A stretch of 64,000 bases of DNA from Nitrospinales bacterium. GTDB lineage: Bacteria > Nitrospinota > Nitrospinia > Nitrospinales > VA-1. The notes under the pieces are model-generated. The model was given only the letters and a program-made list of their open reading frames with translations, did not search any database and was not told the DNA's origin. Each line of letters begins with the position of its first letter. Positions within the stretch are counted from its first letter, which is position 1. The stretch lies in NCBI GenBank assembly GCA_965262115.1, contig OZ253496.1:768001-832000 (forward strand), written 5' to 3'. Made by a program: the position numbers and the translations under genes. Shown one piece after another: positions 60,447 through 64,000 of the stretch.

Positions 60447-61232
60447 TTAATGCCTTAAATGAAAATCAACTATCCCAGCTTTACCCGGCCCAAAATGACA
60501 AGTAGCCGTATAAGGCAGTTCTGCACCAAGCAGATTTTTGGCATCAAAATTAATTTTCACCACAACGTTGTGAATTGTAGGAGCCTTATATACACTTGTT
60601 CCTATAAAGTGATGGATATCTAACTCACTGGGAAGTGTTGCGCTGGATTTTATTGTATCTATGCAAGCCGCCCTCGCCATTTACTTATTCCACGATCTAT
60701 CAGCTTGAGTCATTACTTTTTTGCCTTTAGCAATTTCTTTTTCATTAAGAAATACCCTATGCCCATTACGGCAGTCGGCAAAAAATGTTAAGTTGTTTAT
60801 TGGACTCTTCAAAGATAATTCTACAAATTCTATAAATTTGCACTTACGGCTATCTAATACCATTTCAGCGGTACGCCTTCTAAAATGCTCAATTTCTTTC
60901 AAACGAGTTTTATATTTCGTCACTGTCTCAGGATAACCTTTCATTGTATAAGGCCATAAGCCACTAGGGCCGATCCTATTACGATACTTGTCCAGGGAGG
61001 CCTCTTCCAGCATGTTAGTATACTTTGTTGAATAACTAAGAAAATCACGAGTGCATTCTTCCATGTCCAGAGGAAGGTTATAACCATGACCGCTGCTTGC
61101 TAAAAATTTACAAGTCGAATAGCGGTTTGATTCTCTTGTTTTCTCGGCGTTTTCCCCAAATGATAAACTGGTAAAAAACAAGAAAATAAAAGACCCAAAA
61201 ACAACTCGCCTGATATCCGCTGATATTTTCAC
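60447..61232 (-). pseudogene. AT-rich exported hypothetical gene with in-frame TAA at 60681-60683
   Basis: Two ORFs abut in the same frame (RSWNK*MARAAC); could alternatively be two genes. Confidence 0.55.
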
Positions 61233-61438
61233 AAATCCTCCCTATGTTTTGTTGAAAAAAATAACTTTAGCATCTATAAAATAAAGCGTAACCTTATGAA
61301 GGATTAAGACACAGGCCTTCATACTCCCCCGGCTTCGTTTCAGTCAGCTTGAAAGTGATACCGTTGATGGAGGTTGCGGTTTGCTTTTCTAAGTTAATTT
61401 TGTAGGAACCCATCACTCACTAAAGGGGTAAAGGGGTC

Positions 61439-61477
61439 ATACCCCTCTGGGGCACGAGAGTTAATGAAGAATATCAC
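61439..61477 (+). repeat. 40-bp micro-element
   Basis: GTAAAGGGGTC|ATACCCCTCTGGGGCACGAGAGTTAATGAAGAATATCAC; same left flank as the 59082 locus. Confidence 0.8.
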
Positions 61478-61619
61478 GAGATTCTTGACTACAACTTGCA
61501 GCGAACCCTTCTTTATATCCCTGAAACAAATTCCCCAGACGAAATCATACCACATCCTTCGAGGACCTCAGGATGACAACTAACCCTCTCCCTTATCTGG
61601 GAGACCCGTAAACTAGATT

Positions 61620-61740
61620 CGTCATCGCGAGCGACAGAAAGGAGCGCGGCGATCCAGTCTTTCTGGATTTACCCCTGCGGGGCACGAAAATTAATTAGGA
61701 GATATCACGGCTTCGTCGCCTCTGGCTCCCCGCAATGACG
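61620..61740. repeat. REP-like palindrome pair interrupted by a 40-bp micro-element (61669-61708)
   Basis: CGTCATCGCGAG...GCGATCCAG / CTGGAT[insert]GGCTTCG...CGCAATGACG. Confidence 0.8.
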
Positions 61741-61838
61741 AATAGAGCAACCCCCTCAATCCCCCTTATCAGGGAAAAGTTTTTTATTTTGGCGGTCGCG
61801 TCAGCGTCACCGCCTCACTGCCCGCCCCTGCTAAGGGG

Positions 61839-63656
61839 CTACTTGCGGAGGAATTTTTTGAGAATGGTATCCATATCGAACAGGAGGGAGATGGGTCGTC
61901 CGTGCGGACAGGTGTAAGGCATGGAAGTCTGTTCCAGATCGGAGATCAGTTTCCTTATCTGGTCGAGGTTGAGAGTGTGGTTGACCTTGATGGCGTTGCG
62001 GCACGACATCATGATGAGCACATCCTCGTATTTTTCATTGAGGACATCGTCATGCGCTTCTCGTGGGAGCGCTTCGAGAGTTTCGCGCAAAAGTTTTTCG
62101 TGGTCGCCGTTTTTGAGTATTGCTGGAACGGATCGCAATAAAAACTCATTTTTGCCGAACGGTTCCAGTTCTAATCCCAAATCGAGCAATCGTGTTAGGT
62201 GGGGCGTTAAAACTTCCGTTTCTTCGGGAGAAAGTTCTATGGGAAGCGGAAACAAAAGTTTCTGGATTTCTACTTTGCGGTTTTTAGCGGCACCGCGAAA
62301 CCGTTCATAGAGAATCCGTTCATGGGCGACGTGCTGGTCGATGACCAGAATTCCTGCTTTGCCCTGCATGATGATGAAAGATCGGTCCAACTGTCCTAAT
62401 GGTTCGAACTCCGAATAGATCAGGTCGGCAACCGGGGTTGGAGCTTTATCGAACCAGGTAACTTGTTGTGATACGGAGTCGGCTTCAGGTTTCAGTATGC
62501 TCCGCAAAGCTTGTGACAAATCGCCCCGCACCGGAGGATGCGATTTATCGATCCACTGCGGTGGCTGGTAGTTGGCTCGCGACGGTTGTCTCGATTCGTC
62601 CAAGGGGATGTCGGTTTCGTCCCGCGCCGTTAAGTCGACTTGCTGGTTTTTTTCCAGAGCCGCGCGAACACCGTGCGCCACAAACTGGTGCACATCCTGC
62701 TGAAACGCAAAGCGCACTTCTGCCTTGGAGGGATGGACATTCACATCGAGCAGTTTGGGGTCCATCGTCAAATATAGGAACATCGCCGGGTGTTGCCCTT
62801 TCGGCAACAAATGACTATAGCCCTGCTGGGTGGCATGCAGAATAACTTTGTCCCGCACAAAACGGCCATTGATAAAACAATACTGGGCATTGCGGTTAGA
62901 GCGAGTATAAACGGGGCTCGAGACAAATCCTTTTAATTGGTAGTCACCGGAATGCGCTTCAACCTCGAGCAGGGATTTGCCAAGATCGGGCCCGAATAAT
63001 TCAGCGATCCTGTAATGCAGTTGATCGGTGGGCAGGGTGTTGATCACCTCACGTCCGTTATGGGTTAAATGGAACTGGATGTGGGGATAAGCCAGCGCCT
63101 GTTGCGTGACCACCTGGGTGATGTGGGAAAATTCTGTTGAGTCGCCTTTCAGGAATTTACTGCGTGCGGGGGTCACATAAAAAAGCTGGGCCACCTCAAT
63201 GGTCGTTCCCTGGGGGCAGGCCGCATCCTTTTCTTCCAGAATCTCTCCCCCTTCGACGACGATCAACCTGCCGCCTTCACTTTCGCTGCGGGCGCTGGTG
63301 CAACGCACTTTAGCCACGGACGCGATACTGGGTAGGGCTTCGCCGCGAAACCCTAATGACTGGATGCTCTCAATATCTTCGAACCGGGAGATTTTGCTGG
63401 TCGCATGGCGGGAAAAAGCCAGACTGCATTCTTCCGGCACCATACCCGTTCCATTATCCATGATGCGGATTTTCTTTTTCCCGCCGCCTTCAATATCGAG
63501 CCGGATCAGGGTCGCCCCGGCGTCAATGGAGTTTTCAACAAGCTCCTTGACCACGGAAGCAGGGCGTTCCACCACTTCCCCGGCGGCAATCTGGTTGGCC
63601 AGGTCGTCGGAAAGGACGCGGATTTGCGGGTGTGTTTTTTGAGAGGAAACAGGCAT
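61839..63656 (-). CDS. mutL: DNA mismatch repair protein MutL
   Basis: NQIAAGEVVERP, HATSK, GFRGEAL, DQHVAHER, CPHGRP. Confidence 0.98.
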   Translation of the reverse strand: MPVSSQKTHPQIRVLSDDLANQIAAGEVVERPASVVKELVENSIDAGATLIRLDIEGGGKKKIRIMDNGTGMVPEECSLAFSRHATSKISRFEDIESIQSLGFRGEALPSIASVAKVRCTSARSESEGGRLIVVEGGEILEEKDAACPQGTTIEVAQLFYVTPARSKFLKGDSTEFSHITQVVTQQALAYPHIQFHLTHNGREVINTLPTDQLHYRIAELFGPDLGKSLLEVEAHSGDYQLKGFVSSPVYTRSNRNAQYCFINGRFVRDKVILHATQQGYSHLLPKGQHPAMFLYLTMDPKLLDVNVHPSKAEVRFAFQQDVHQFVAHGVRAALEKNQQVDLTARDETDIPLDESRQPSRANYQPPQWIDKSHPPVRGDLSQALRSILKPEADSVSQQVTWFDKAPTPVADLIYSEFEPLGQLDRSFIIMQGKAGILVIDQHVAHERILYERFRGAAKNRKVEIQKLLFPLPIELSPEETEVLTPHLTRLLDLGLELEPFGKNEFLLRSVPAILKNGDHEKLLRETLEALPREAHDDVLNEKYEDVLIMMSCRNAIKVNHTLNLDQIRKLISDLEQTSMPYTCPHGRPISLLFDMDTILKKFLRK

Positions 63657-63664
63657 GAAAATCC

Positions 63665-63765
63665 TTCAGCCCCACCAGTGGGGTTTTACTCCCCATGACT
63701 TGGCTATGTCTTTTAAAATAACTCTTTATCAGGATACTCCATCCGCTTGCGGCGGGATTGTCACT
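63665..63765 (-). repeat. Two-hairpin ~95-bp repeat, second copy
   Basis: Reverse complement aligns with 50219-50316. Confidence 0.7.
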
Positions 63766-63857
63766 CTGAAGCTCCGATCAATTTTTTAAAGCAATTCGGA
63801 AACGATTGCAAGTCAATTGGTGATATGATGGTACCGATGCAATACGGAGACGCCCCG

Positions 63858-64000
63858 TTGGACAATCATTTCTTCGAAAAAAACCTCCAATCGTTGAAAA
63901 CTCGAACTCTTCAGTCGGGAAACCTTCCTGATATCCTATCTGGAAAAATATCCGTGATATCAACCTCCTCCGGCCAGCCCACCCTGCGCTTTGAAAATAC
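63858..64000 (+). CDS. 5' end of a gene, possibly motility-associated-factor (Maf) family
   Basis: GGAG plus TTG; (M)DNHFFEKNLQSL...SGQPTLRFEN open to the window end; family guess rests on FEKNL and GxPTL only. Confidence 0.45.
   Translation, partial: MDNHFFEKNLQSLKTRTLQSGNLPDILSGKISVISTSSGQPTLRFEN

Overview
A 64-kb bacterial chromosomal window, most likely from a Nitrospinota (Nitrospina-like) nitrite oxidiser; this is inferred by eye from the 16S sequence and gene content, not from a database search. From left to right it holds: the start of a type I-F cas operon (cas1, then cas2-cas3 running off the left edge, no array in the window); a candidate small RNA with a 13-nt perfect complement to the 16S 3' end; and a block [lipoprotein-def-ACT-X-mqnE-ubiA/mqnP-msbA-rrn] present twice in tandem. 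The second protein set is diverged and partly decayed, while the two rRNA operons look identical. Next come a partial complex I cluster (nuoA,C,H-N, without B,D,E,F,G) and housekeeping genes (tatA, rpe, ClC, apbE, copA, coaBC, glgA, a frameshifted GAF histidine kinase plus response regulator, dNK, panBCD, mutL). The most unusual signal is intergenic: a ~40-bp hairpin micro-element (TACCC-loop-GGGCAYGAA...ATATCAC), about 18 copies at 9 loci. It sits without target duplication inside other repeats and inside copies of itself, nested up to three deep and five in tandem. Several other small repeat families accompany it, including a MITE inside the rRNA spacer.
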